A stretch of DNA of 51,847 bases from assembly GCA_002269645.1 (NCBI GenBank), contig NIVC01004283.1, forward strand, positions 1 through 51,847, written 5' to 3'. The notes beneath the pieces are model-generated. The model was not told the DNA's origin, ran no database searches, and saw only the letters and a program-made list of their open reading frames with translations. Of this stretch, positions 8,922-20,100 are shown piece after piece. The position numbers and the translations under genes are program-made. Position 1 is the stretch's first letter. Every line of letters begins with the position of its first letter. This DNA comes from Macrostomum lignano (lineage: Eukaryota).

Positions 8922-9512
8922 ATGAGCCCACCAGCTACAGCCCTAAGAGTGACCAATCTGGTTGGCGGAGTAGATCTGAGGCTGGATGGTGGCAGGGGCG
9001 CTCAGCTACCTCTACGGGAACTGGCTCTCAGCATGGCTCATGTGATCTACCGGCCCGTCTGGCCCCGGGTGCTCATCAAGCGGATGCGGAGTCCCAGAGT
9101 GACTCTGCTACTCTACCCTACTGGGCAACTGAGCATCTGCGGTGCCAAGACCCACGCAGACGCCAAAAGGGCTGCCCGTCGCTTCGTGGCTATGCTGCAT
9201 CGGAGAGTGCCAGCTCAACTGCTGCCTCCTCAAGCCATTTGTGTTCGGATTAAAACTATTACTGCTCATGGTAAATTTAACTTCTGCAATGCTTTGTCCC
9301 TCGCAAATCTTGCTGCCTCTGGCATACTGTCTTACGCTGAGTATGAGCCCGAGTCGTTCTCTGCTCTAATTTCTACATTACGTTATTGTAAATGCTTGTT
9401 ATTTCATACTGGTTCTTTTGTTCTTAGTGGAGCAAAATCTATGAGCATGTTGCGCTTCGACCTTTCTACGTTGCATAGTTTAATCAGCCAGTTTATCACC
9501 TATCAAAAATAA
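8922..9512 (+). CDS. TBP: Divergent TATA-binding protein (TBP) homolog, intact two-repeat saddle, 196 aa from ATG 8922
   Basis: Repeat 1: VTNLVGGVDL..LPLRELAL....IYRP.WPRVLIKRMRSPRVTLLLYPTGQLSICGAKT...AKRAARRF. Repeat 2: EYEPESFSALI......CLLFHTGSFVLSGAKS. Colinear with eukaryotic TBP (QNIV..VNL / [25 protein letters not shown] / YEPELFPGLI / LIFVSGKVVLTGAK). Confidence 0.9.
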   Translation: MSPPATALRVTNLVGGVDLRLDGGRGAQLPLRELALSMAHVIYRPVWPRVLIKRMRSPRVTLLLYPTGQLSICGAKTHADAKRAARRFVAMLHRRVPAQLLPPQAICVRIKTITAHGKFNFCNALSLANLAASGILSYAEYEPESFSALISTLRYCKCLLFHTGSFVLSGAKSMSMLRFDLSTLHSLISQFITYQK

Positions 9513-9633
9513 ACAAAAAGTGTGTTCCGTTTGTTCTTGATACGGATAAAGGCGAGTATATGTTTGAAGAAACCAAAGACTAAATATTCAGAATAAAATG
9601 TGTAGAGGCCGTGTGATAAAAAGCTATACTCAG

Positions 9634-12600
9634 TCACTTATTAAATTCGTGGTCTTCTTCCCGGCGCCGCTTTCGGGAGGCTGTAGCATTCACGTGCTGT
9701 TGCAGCTGCGACGACTCCGGATGAAGAAGTTGGAAATGGCCAAACGGGAGACTGTAGTTCGGTGCCAGCCAAGCGCGCTTGTCCTCCCAAATGCTTAAGG
9801 CACACTTTCGCTGCTCCAGCGTGAATAGCCTGTGTTGGATGCTTGCGATCCTGTGGATGATGACGGACATGCTACTCAGATCATTGAAGACTCTCAAGTA
9901 ATCACTATGCGCAATCTCCTTCTTGACGACACATCCTTGAATGCCTTTGGCTTTTTTCTTTTCAGCAGCTGCAGTGCTAGCGAGAAAGGAATACAGCTTT
10001 GGTCTCAAAAGCAACCATTCGAGATAGCGAGCTCCAGCTCCTTCGTCCTTGATGCAACCGAGGCGAGCTTTCAATTCATTTGAGAACAGCGGGTGCTCAG
10101 GTGAATAGTTGGAAGTGTCAAGGAGTTTCTTTGCTTTTAGCAGTGGAAGAACTTCCGACTGCACATCCATATTCTGAATGCAAAGAAAGAGCGAGTCGGT
10201 GTCTCCACCACAGAGCCGAACACGGGCACCCTCTTGCTCAAGCCAAGGCTTCAATTTGTCGTAGAATAACTCGTACATGATTAGCTTCGAATAGTCAAGA
10301 ACACACTGGCCAATAAAAATCGGACGATCAAGCTTGACCTTAGTCTTCTGGAATTCAATTATGCTCAGTGAGTCGGTAATTATGATAAAGTTCTTAATGG
10401 ATGGTTTTGAAGCCAGCACCTTTGCTTTTGCAGTGTTGGTGCAAATCCGAATGTCACGTCGCTTACGCACGTTTTCCATTGTTTTTCCGAAGAGCGCATT
10501 GTTTTTTAGTTTGTAGTAGTCTTTCTCGAAGCTGTTTGTCGCAGCAGCTCTTTTCACGCTGTTCATGTTAACATAGTCAGCAAATATCGGCTCCTGTTTG
10601 TACTCAATCATTCGATTAATTCGTTTGATTTTCATTCCATGCCTCAAGTAGAATGCCAAGATAGCCGAATGAAGCACATAACTCTGCTTGTCATGGCAGG
10701 TGAGCAGAAGTTTTTCTGCCGAACGATAGGCTGCTTTGTCTCCAGTAATCTGCCTCCAAAGCTGTTGCATGTAGGCAGGAAATTCTTTGAATTTTGGTGC
10801 TTCTTTTTCTGGTGCAAAAGGCAAATCTTCAGTGGTGGAATGTATCTCTGCTGGATATAGAAGATCGACATCGAGCAGATAAGCAATTGGATCTGAGATT
10901 TTGAGCCCTCGGATACGATCCTCGGTCCACAGCTGTAGCTCATCTTCGGAAAGCCAGCGAAATCCATTTGCAGGTAAGTTCATGGTAAGAGCTTGACCGT
11001 AAAGGTTGTTAGCATCTACTGCTAGAAGCTCGGTAGGAACAGCTTGATCAGCGCCCTCGTCGTGACAGTCATTATCATCATCATCATTGTCATTGCAGAT
11101 AGTCTGATTGTCAGCTGCTTCCAAATTTTTTCTAATATCTGGAGAGTTGGCTGACACTCTGTGTATGTTCACAAATGACATGCCACCGCGAATACCGCGC
11201 TCGAATGTTGCATACATTTGCGAATCCGTAATCAGCTCGATTCTGGATTTGAGAGACTTCAGTGCTGAAGCAAAAGATAATCCCGGGGTTGAAACGAAAT
11301 GCACCGGATCAAGGCCATCATCACGAAGGCTGAGCTTGCGAAAATTTTCAAAGACATCGGCGAGCTGCCGAATGTCAAGCTCAAGGTAGCATAGCATGTA
11401 CTCTTTCAACGTTTTAACTTGGAATTCGTGCCATGCTTTCTGTGCATGCCTGTAATCCTCATCACTGCAGTGGCTTTTAGTCAGAACGTTGTAGAATTGT
11501 TCTTTACTTGGCAGCTCGGTATCCTCAAGGACATTTGAATTGGTTAAGTAGTCGTACGGAAAAGTGCATTTTCTGAATAAAACTTCTGGAGACAACAGTG
11601 GAAACTTACTTTTTAGCAGGCTAGTGATGGTGCACTCTTCTTCTGGCAGGTTCTTGATCAGCTGAGCCAAGCTGGCGTTGAGAAATTGGTTAGAATCAAT
11701 GAATTGAATGGTAAAGAACAATGGCTTAGTCTTTCCTCCCCTCTCGTACTCATCGATTTTGAAGTCAACTTTAATTGAAACAAACTGCTCAGGATTCTGT
11801 GGAATAACCGAAATCCTCCATCCATCCATGAGATCCAAAGCCGTTGACATAATGAGATGAAGGTCATAGCCTTTTAGATTGTGGAAAACCACAGGAAGAA
11901 AGCGCCTTTTTAGACGAGCCTGCATGTTGCACTGAGCACAGGCTGCACCTCGGAATTCGCCACTGAGGTGATCATGATCCCAGTGCTTTCCGCTTTCACT
12001 ATCAAAGCCGCTTCCGCAGTAGTGACACGATATAGCGTCGCGGAAGCGTTGCTTTGCAGCCTCCGTTCTAATAGCCGTCTGATGACTGAACTCCGTGTTC
12101 CAGCCATAAACCTCTCGAGCTAGCTGTTCAAGGGACTGCAAGAAGTCAGAAACACACTTTTTCGGATTTTCACTCACAAATATGTTAACATAATTGTCGA
12201 CTCATATAGGTGATAACCCTGTGAGGCCTGCTCGGTGCACCACCAAGTAACCAGCAGCAACGGCAACATGCTCTGTCAGCTTTACAGTGCTCGAACCAGC
12301 TTCAGTCTGCTGCCCTGTGTGAGGTGCATTCAATGCCTCGAAGTCGGCGTACACAATGAATGGTGGGCTGATTGTCTTTTCCCACGCCGTAAACCGAAGT
12401 ACATTGTGATCTTCATCCGGAAGTTCTTCCTGTACAAAAATCCCACCAGGCTCACAGACATCTTCACAGTGCTCATCGAACGCCTTGCTAGTGTGAAATG
12501 ACAGCAGACAACGCTCACACCACTTTCGCTGGTACAGGTGGGCTTTACTGTTCAACAATCTGTTGATGTTCGAGACAGCACACCAATGACCACCAGCTGA

Positions 12601-13467
12601 GTTCTCGTTCGTGGATGGTGGAAGAAACATCAGCAGGACAACTGTTCGTCCTCTCATGGTAGCTGCGCTTGGCTGTCGGAGGACTTCAGCAGCTTCATTC
12701 TCCCAGGTGAAAACAGTGAAGCAAAGGGTTGGATTTAATTCCTCGACAGCAGACAGATCGTACAAATTGATCGGCAGACTCAGTCCCGTAATGTTAATCT
12801 CATCTAGCCATTCGGTGTACGAGGATTCTCGTTGAGCTGACTTCTTAATACGGCAGTGATCTTTGTAAAGAAAGGCAAGGCACGCGTAAACAAAGCAATT
12901 TTCACCGCTGCTAGGAGGAGAAATGACGGCCTTCTTTTGAAAAAGCGCAGTCGGCAAACTAAACCCAGCCGCATGCCCCGAATAGTAGGGAGTTCGAACA
13001 GCGAGGGCAGAGCAAAGGTCGAAGAAATTTATTTTGTCAATGGCCCATCTACTGCCATTAGCGTTGTACACGTCTACTATCTGCTCTAACTCTGCAAATT
13101 GCTGCCTCCACCAGTCATCAAATTCCTGCACATCAACCAGCATACAAAGATTTGTACTCATCCATTTGTTTTCAACATTGACTGCTTCTGCTGCCTGCAC
13201 CCGAATCATGCGCACGTTTAGCTTAATTTGTGCTCTTAGCGAACAGTTGTCAATGGAGTCAAGACGAACTTCGAGATACTGCAGAACCGCATGTTTGACC
13301 AGGTCTAGAAACTCGAATGGATCAATGTCAGCTGTTGGGGCGAAGCGATGAATCTGCAGTACATCATCGTGGGCACTGTTCACCAAGGAGATAACACATG
13401 AAGACCCTAAAAATAAAATCGAGAGATAAGATAGTGAAAATCGAGAAACATAAACTGAGAGTCTCAT
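9634..13467 (-). CDS. pPolB: Protein-primed DNA polymerase B with N-terminal extension, C2H2-like finger and endonuclease-VII-like insert; single in-frame TGA at 12202..12204
   Basis: ORFs 12202..13467 and 9634..12177 share a frame, linked by TGA plus 8 codons. Motifs IVYADFE, VVFHNLKGYDLH, FIDS, FPYDY, DANNLYG, KLKNNALFGK, GDTDS, LRPKLYS, KAKGI; CHYC...DHDHLSGEFRGAACAQCN is the EndoVII-like motif. Confidence 0.96.
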
Positions 13468-13566
13468 GATTGCTTATAAATCCAGCTCAATTAGCTATTC
13501 ATAATAATCGATGTCTGTATGCAGAATCGAGGAGGGTTTTTTTGGATGTATACAATCGATATAGGT

Positions 13567-14020
13567 GTGCAGAGGTGTGCGAAGTCGAGGTGGGGTGTCC
13601 AGAGTCGAGGTGGGGTGTCCAGAGTCGAGGTGGGGTGTCCGGAGTCGAGGTGGGGTGTGCAGAATCGAGGAAGGGATGTGCAGAGTCGAGGAAGGGATGT
13701 GCAGAGTCGAGGAGGGGGTGTGCGGAGTCGAGGAGGGGGTGTGCAGAGTCGAGGAGGGGGTGTGCAGAGTCGAGGAGGGGGTGTGCGGAGTCGAGGAGGG
13801 GGTGTGCGGAGTCGAGGAGGGGGTGTGCGGAGTCGAGGAGGGGGTGTGCAGAGTCGAGGAGGGGGTGTGCAGAGTCGAGGAGGGGGAGTGCAGAGTCGAG
13901 GAGGGGTGTGCAGAGTCGAGGAGGGGGTGTGCAGAGTCGAGGAGGGGTGTGCAGAGTCGAGGAGGGGGTGTGCAGAGTCGAGGAGGGGGTGTGCAGAGTC
14001 GAAGACGGGGGTGTGCAGAG
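13567..14020 (+). repeat. G-rich tandem repeat, 20-21-bp unit (gtgcagagtcgaggagggggt), roughly 22 copies
   Basis: Directly visible; no spacers between units. Confidence 0.95.
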
Positions 14021-14179
14021 TCAGGGTTGGTGTACGGACTCGGGGTGGGCGGGTGTTATTACGTATTAATTAAAACTGAATTAGTTACACATTTCGAGTT
14101 GAAGGTTTAAAATTTTTCCACTTCAAATATTGGTAAGAAAATAATTGATTTTTTACATTAACAGAGTGGCAAAACTCAC

Positions 14180-14228
14180 CTGCCCCTTCACCTTCTCCTC
14201 GCCTAGAACATGTTGTAGGATCCTGCAT
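14180..14228 (-). CDS. Candidate 49-nt first coding exon of pPolB (MQDPTTCSRRGEGEGA-G)
   Basis: aacATG at 14228, donor CAG|GTGAGT at 14180/14179, acceptor with long pyrimidine tract ...ttttatttttag|G at 13407/13406; phases match the pPolB frame. Confidence 0.45.
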
Positions 14229-14986
14229 GTTGCGACTGCCGGCTGCCAGGCAATGCTGATGCAGATTTGTCTGCTTCCAGCTTCGAATTGATCAATTTTA
14301 AGGCCAATGGCAATGCTTAGCTTAAAAAGGAATAATTAAGAAAAATGCAAAGTAGAGATCGAATCTAGTTAAGATGCTCTTATTCTATTCGCGATATTGA
14401 GACTTAACACGAGCACCAAGCTATAGAAAAGAAGCCCGCTGATAGTAAAAACCTCAAAATCAAAACTAATAGTCGGGTAATGCAAACAGGTTGCCATGAT
14501 GCGATAGCTTTTAGCATCAAATCCACCGATACGAGTTGATTTTATATTTTTCTGTCTATTTTGCGTTTTTTCTAAAATAATTCAATGTTTATTATGAGAA
14601 AAAAACAATGCAAAAACAACGTGTATTTGGGATAAACGGCTTTGTAGCAAAAAAATAATTTAGAAGAAGAAACTTTTATTTAGCATTAAATTACAAACTT
14701 TCTGCATAGAAAGCAGTATAATTCATTATAAGCTACCATGTACATTCTTGCTCTCCTAATAACTAAATATTGGTATCAAAGAGCCTCCAGCTTGATAAAC
14801 TGCTTAGCCCAGCCCAACGAGATAAATCACAGGTGACATGCACTGAAAAGATTAATTTAATTTAAGCAGTTTTTAACTTCTTTTAGAGCTCCTCCCCTTA
14901 TCAAAAGTCCACTCATTTTTGTAGAACTTTTTTGTGCGCTAAAAATTCGTTTCCCTTGCCAACAAAATACTCCAGGCTAAAGCAAA

Positions 14987-16224
14987 TTAAGAGTTACTCA
15001 AGCGAATACGGATCCCCCCTCCAAAGTCAATTGAGTACTCGCCCACAACGCTACTCGGTAGGACGAATTGAAGGCAAACTGACGGTGCAGCCATCGGTTC
15101 AGCGGCTTGGACTCCTGCTGATTGTTGAACCACCGGTGGGGTAGCATGAGGTTCGACTCCTGCTGATTGTTGAAACTCTGGTACCACCGGTGGGGTAGCA
15201 TGAGGTTCGACTCCTGCTGATTGTTGAACCACCGGTGGGGTAGCATGAGGTTCGACTCCTGCTGATTGTTGAACCACCGGTGGGGTAGCATGAGGTTCGA
15301 CTCCTGCTGATTGTGGAAACTCTGGTACCACCGGTGGGGTAGCATGAGGTTCGACTCCTGCTGATTGTTGAAAGTCTGGTACCACCGGTGGGTAGCATGA
15401 GGTTCGAAATCTCGTAGGAGATCAGACAGGCTGGCATCCGCCATCATTCCAGCCATATTTTTTCCAGCGACTGGAACAGCCCTGTGCGGTGGCTGCTGCT
15501 CGACCGTGGCTTTTTCGTTCGTATCCTCTGACTCCAACTCGTGCTCCTCAAAGAAAGCCGTGTCCAATTCTGGCGGAGCAACAAAATCAGCGGCAGCAGC
15601 ATCATCCTCATAGCGATTTACCGGTGTCTGAAGACTGAGAGCACCAGCCGCTGGAACGTCGACGCTGGCAGCTTGATGGTCGATGCCAGCAGGTCCAGGA
15701 GCAGCAGCTGAATAGTCGACGCTGGCAGCTTGATGGTCGATGCCAGCAGGTCCAGGAGCAGCAGCTGGATAGTCGACGCTGGCAGGTCCAGGAAGGCTGG
15801 CAACATCAGCTGGATGCTGATCTGCAGCAGCAAGTGCAGCGGAAATCAAATCAAAAGTACATGTAGTTGAAATTATTGCAGATTGATTTCGCACACCTTG
15901 AATCGTCTGGCTCAGGGTGCTGACCGGGGCTCGATGACGCTCGATCATGTTGAGTTGCTCCTGGCGGTGGGCGGCCTCCAGTACAGTAAAGCGGGCTCGT
16001 TCGATGCTATCAGGCGAGCTCCAATTAATGATGGTGCGATTTTTATGGGCCCGAACTTGGCGGCGCACATTGAACAGCTCAGTTGTGTGGCACTCGTGGC
16101 AAAGCAACCAGCGACTTATAATGCAGCTGTCTTTTTTGTTATGGAGCTTTAACCCACCGAGCTCACAGGAATTGCAGCTGATGCGCACCTCGTGCACGTA
16201 GGATGGACACCGAGATTTATTCAT
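14987..16224 (-). CDS. Maverick accessory ORF: Cys/His-rich N-terminus (CNSC, CHECH), acidic linker, tandem peptide repeats; frameshift near 15390
   Basis: ORF 14998..16224 reads sensibly to FEPHAT. The adjacent frame (14987..15385) continues with (SAGVEPHATPPVV[PEF]QQ)n and ends IRIRLSNS*. TATA-like ggtatataagag ~80 bp upstream. Confidence 0.6.
15105..15405 (-). repeat. Coding tandem repeat, 45/54-bp units, ~6 copies
   Basis: Repeated gttcgactcctgctgattgttgaa...ccaccggtggggtagcatgag. Confidence 0.9.
15650..15800 (-). repeat. Coding tandem repeat, ~57-bp unit (AAAPGPAGIDHQAASVDYS), ~2.5 copies
   Basis: Visible duplication of gtcgacgctggcagcttgatggtcgatgccagcaggtccaggagcagcagct. Confidence 0.85.
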
Positions 16225-16763
16225 TATTTAAAATTTATCTATGAGAAATTTAGTTTAAAATAAAGTTTAAATTTAAACTTCTCATATGCACATATTTAGC
16301 CTCTTATATACCCACTTCAACCAAATCTGTGTTAATAAAAACATAGCCGCTATGTTTTCAGCTTTGCTATGTTTACAGTCAGCCACCCAATGTCCAATGA
16401 TTTCATCAGCGCATCCAGGTATTGAGCCCTTGTTAAATTCCCGCACGCCCCGCTAAATTCTTTTGAATACGCCGCCAACTTTACCCCACCCAGTCGAGGG
16501 TGGCAATAAAACTGATAACTGAGCACTCTCTCCTTTCAGCAACAAAGCCGCCGCCGCCGCCGCCAGCTCCCAGACAGCGGGAGAGAGGCTTGGCTACCAC
16601 TATTTTTGTTTACAGAAGTTTGTTATTACCGATAAAATTATACAATAAAGTATTAGTATAATACTGAATACAATAAAATACCGCTGATATTTGCCAATCG
16701 TTCAACACAATTTCTAGAGATTCCCCTAGCTCGCCTCTGTGCATACTTGCGGATTCCCCCATG

Positions 16764-16847
16764 AGGTGCCTATGTACTCTCATTAGGAGTCTACGGAATT
16801 CCCATGGCTTTGCCTGCGGCAGAGTTGAGCTATGCAAACACATAGGC
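16764..16847 (-). repeat. Right TIR remnant (inner 84 bp only)
   Basis: Reverse complement of 132..215 with 2 mismatches; the counterpart of 64..131 is absent. Confidence 0.9.
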
Positions 16848-17172
16848 CATTGTGCCTTCCAAGTTTTTTATATCTATCTTAGCCTTAGTTGCCAGCTATA
16901 GCTATCTTCTACTTGCTCATATGACATTCGAGCCGTGACTTATAAGCAGACCGAAACACAGAAGACCGAAAGGTTTTTGTGCATGCCAAGAAAGTGCAAC
17001 GTCGGAAACTGCTTAACAAACTACACTAAATATAAGGGCCCACCAACGCCAGTGTATTCCTTGCCAAAGGACTCCCAGGAGCGCGAGCGATGGCGGCTTT
17101 CATTGCCGACCCCTTTGACGGTACGTGCATCTATAATTTATTGGTGTTTGCATGATTCTCACGTATACGTTA

Positions 17173-20100
17173 TGATGTAACCACGCTCTGGTCGCGGGAT
17201 AGGGCAGGGGAACTTTTTCAAAAGTGCCTCCTATCGCCGTGCACCGTCTGCACAGAACTGTTGAGACTCGGCCAGGTCTTTGACCAGGCCTGCAGACTCC
17301 AGCTCTGCTGCACCCCCCTGCTGTCTTGGCTCCGTCTCCCCTGCCACCACACTTGCCTTTCCGGAGCTCTCGGTCCCTCTCTATACCTCCCCCTCTACCC
17401 TATCTCCTCTGCGCTCAGCCCTATTCTTCGTGTACTTTTCCTGTCTCCCCTCTTTTTGCCCTTTTCGCACTATTTTCCTGCGCTGTCCCCTCTTTCTCTG
17501 CGTCTACTTACAGTATTTTGTGCGCTCACCGTCACCTCATCCCTTCTCAAACTCCCAAACGGTGACGCAAGTCATGTGACCACTCCTTCCCTCGATGACT
17601 CATCGATGACTCATCCCCCTCTCTTGCGCAACCTTTTCTCATGCTATTGTTCTCCTCCCCAAATTTCTCATGCGACACCCACCCCACCTCCGCTTCTATT
17701 GTTCTCGTTTTTGATTCTTTTGTTCTCTTTACCCGCACAAATTATCACATCTTCTCCGATTTTCTCTTTCCATTGTTCTCATTTTCGCACCTAATTATCA
17801 CCTTTTCTCCAATGTTTGCTTTTCTATTGTTCTCGATTCTCCCCAATTATCCCCGATTTCCAATTCCTTTGTTCTCGACCCCCGACACCAGCCCCATTGT
17901 TCTCAATGTTTGCTTGCGCAACACTTTTGCGACCTCCCGCTGCGCCAATTATCCCCCACCCCACCTCCGGATTGCGCAATTCTCCCATTTCTCATGTTGC
18001 TATGCTGTTCTCACGCTTCTCATCATGACTCATTCTGACGTCATTCTGCCGGCAGCCAATCAGAGAGAGGGAGTCATGGAAACGACCTTGGAGCGGCGGC
18101 TGGGAAGGCTATATAAGGAAGCGGTTTTCGGCATGAGAATCCTTAACCTTCGGGCTCCTCGTCTTTCTTTAGACTTGCTGTCAGACGTAGCTCTGACCTA
18201 TTCGTCTATAGGACGAACCTCTGCCGGTCCGCGGTCTGATACCGCCAAGTTACCTTAGCTCCCCAAGTGAGCTTGCCTATCGGCCAGCGGTCTGATACCG
18301 CCCAGCAACATCAGCATCGCCTGATCTACATCAGCGCCTTGTCGCTTCAGCGCATCGCCGCTTCACTGTCTGCCTGACTGCAGCCTACAGCCGCCCTCAG
18401 TCACTCCGCCTCTCTCTCTGTGCAGCTGCCGGTAAGTTCCTATTACTAATTTTTGCTCTAATCGCCTTTGCTTATCCGGGGTTTGCCTATTTTCTATCGC
18501 TTGAGTAGAGAGCTGAGCCAATTGTGATACCGTAACTTTTTGCTGTATTTTACTAAATAGTGAAGCCGCCTAATTGCCTGATTATTTGCCTAAGGGCCTA
18601 ATTATTAACTATTAACTAACCTCATCATTATTCACTCTTTCACCATCATTTCACTCATGGCTTGCTAAGCCTTTCTCCCGGGGTGGCAAAGCATAAGGAA
18701 GTTGGGTAAGCTAATGGCCTCTCCCCGTGCAAAGCCCGCCTTGCTGCTGTGATAAATAGGCAATTAGATAAATAGCATGCACGGTGAGCAATTATTTAGG
18801 CCCTAGACAAACCTACTTGGAGCGTTCGAAGATTTTAAAGCTATTAATCCTAATCGCCTATCGCCGGTCGGCGAGTCCTACCAGTCTTTCTCCAATAGCC
18901 GCAGGTACAGTACAAGAAAATAAAGAACACGAAGGAACACAAACCGAAAGATTTAGAGAGTGATAATCCTATTTCAAGAATAACTAACTTGATTGACGGT
19001 TTAATTTGATTAGCTGAGTTACAAGATTTAGACAAACGGCGCAGATAACTAGAGTTGACAAAACGACAACAACGGTTAATAAATAATGATTATATACGCA
19101 CTGACAAGCGGATCTCAGCTGAAGAAGAAGGAGGCACCGAACACAGGACCACGGAGAAAGACTCCTAACCCCTGGCCTAAGCCAGAACCTACACTCAAAC
19201 GAGAGCCCTGCCGAATCGACCGTTCAACGGAGTACCGACTAAATTCTATCGGCACTGCCCTTCAGTGTAACACTGAGGCCCTCGGGGTCGAGGCCGCGTA
19301 CTTGATCAGATCCGACAGTCTCTATCTAACCGCGCTTGATAGCGACGACTTCAGACAGAAATTTGCCGTAGACGTTACGCCACAAGACTACTGCGGTTGG
19401 GCGGGAACAAAGATACGGACCGGGGGTGATGAAATCAAAACGCCTCAAAGCGCGAATCGAGGGGAAACAGGCCACCGGCCGGGAAGCTGGACAAGACAAA
19501 ACCGGGGAAAGGGAGCAAGAAGGAAAAAAAGTGAGATCCGATTGCCAAACACACTTTCATATATAGTCAGAGTCAAACCCTCACAAAACCCCCCTCAAGC
19601 CGGGTGGTGGTCGTCTGGCCGGCCGCTTGCTTAAGCCGAATTGCACTGTGCCCGCGGCGCCGGGTAGAATTGAAACTTGCCGCGTGCCAGGGTCCAGGCC
19701 GGTTCTGATTGGCTGACCGCGCAAAGCTGGGGTTCGCAGACAAACTCAACCCTCCGCTGAGTCACAAACGGCGTCTAACTCTAACCTGTTTACGCAAAAT
19801 TTATTCTAACTAACAAGGAAAAAGTACACCAAAAACGTATGACTAAACTAAAGCAAAATAACAATTCAATAACAATAATGCAAAACCTAACTAATAGAAT
19901 ACAAGGCTATCGCAAAAGATGCTCACACTACACTGCGGGCCGTGTGTGCGTGCAGTAGAGGGAATTAGCGAGTCTTGGCACAGAATGGCAGTAGGAAGGT
20001 TGCAACCCCATGCTGACGCGTCCCTTCGCCCTGAGCAATCTAAACTGTTAACCTCACACTACTCTTAGTAATTAAAGCCGCAAGTCAGCCTCGCTCACAG

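Larger units (their letters stand above)
64..16847. mobile_element. Maverick/Polinton (adintovirus-like) element, right terminus truncated
   Basis: Starts AGTAGAGAG at 64 (Polinton-type AG terminus). Carries the hallmark gene set INT, penton, hexon, adenain, FtsK-like ATPase, pPolB. 132..215 recurs inverted at 16764..16847. Confidence 0.95.

Noticed and set aside
13567-14020. CRISPR-like appearance and three overlapping repeat ORFs (13470, 13519, 13565)
   Set aside because: Head-to-tail units without unique spacers, eukaryotic context, no cas genes; the ORFs are open only because the unit lacks stops.
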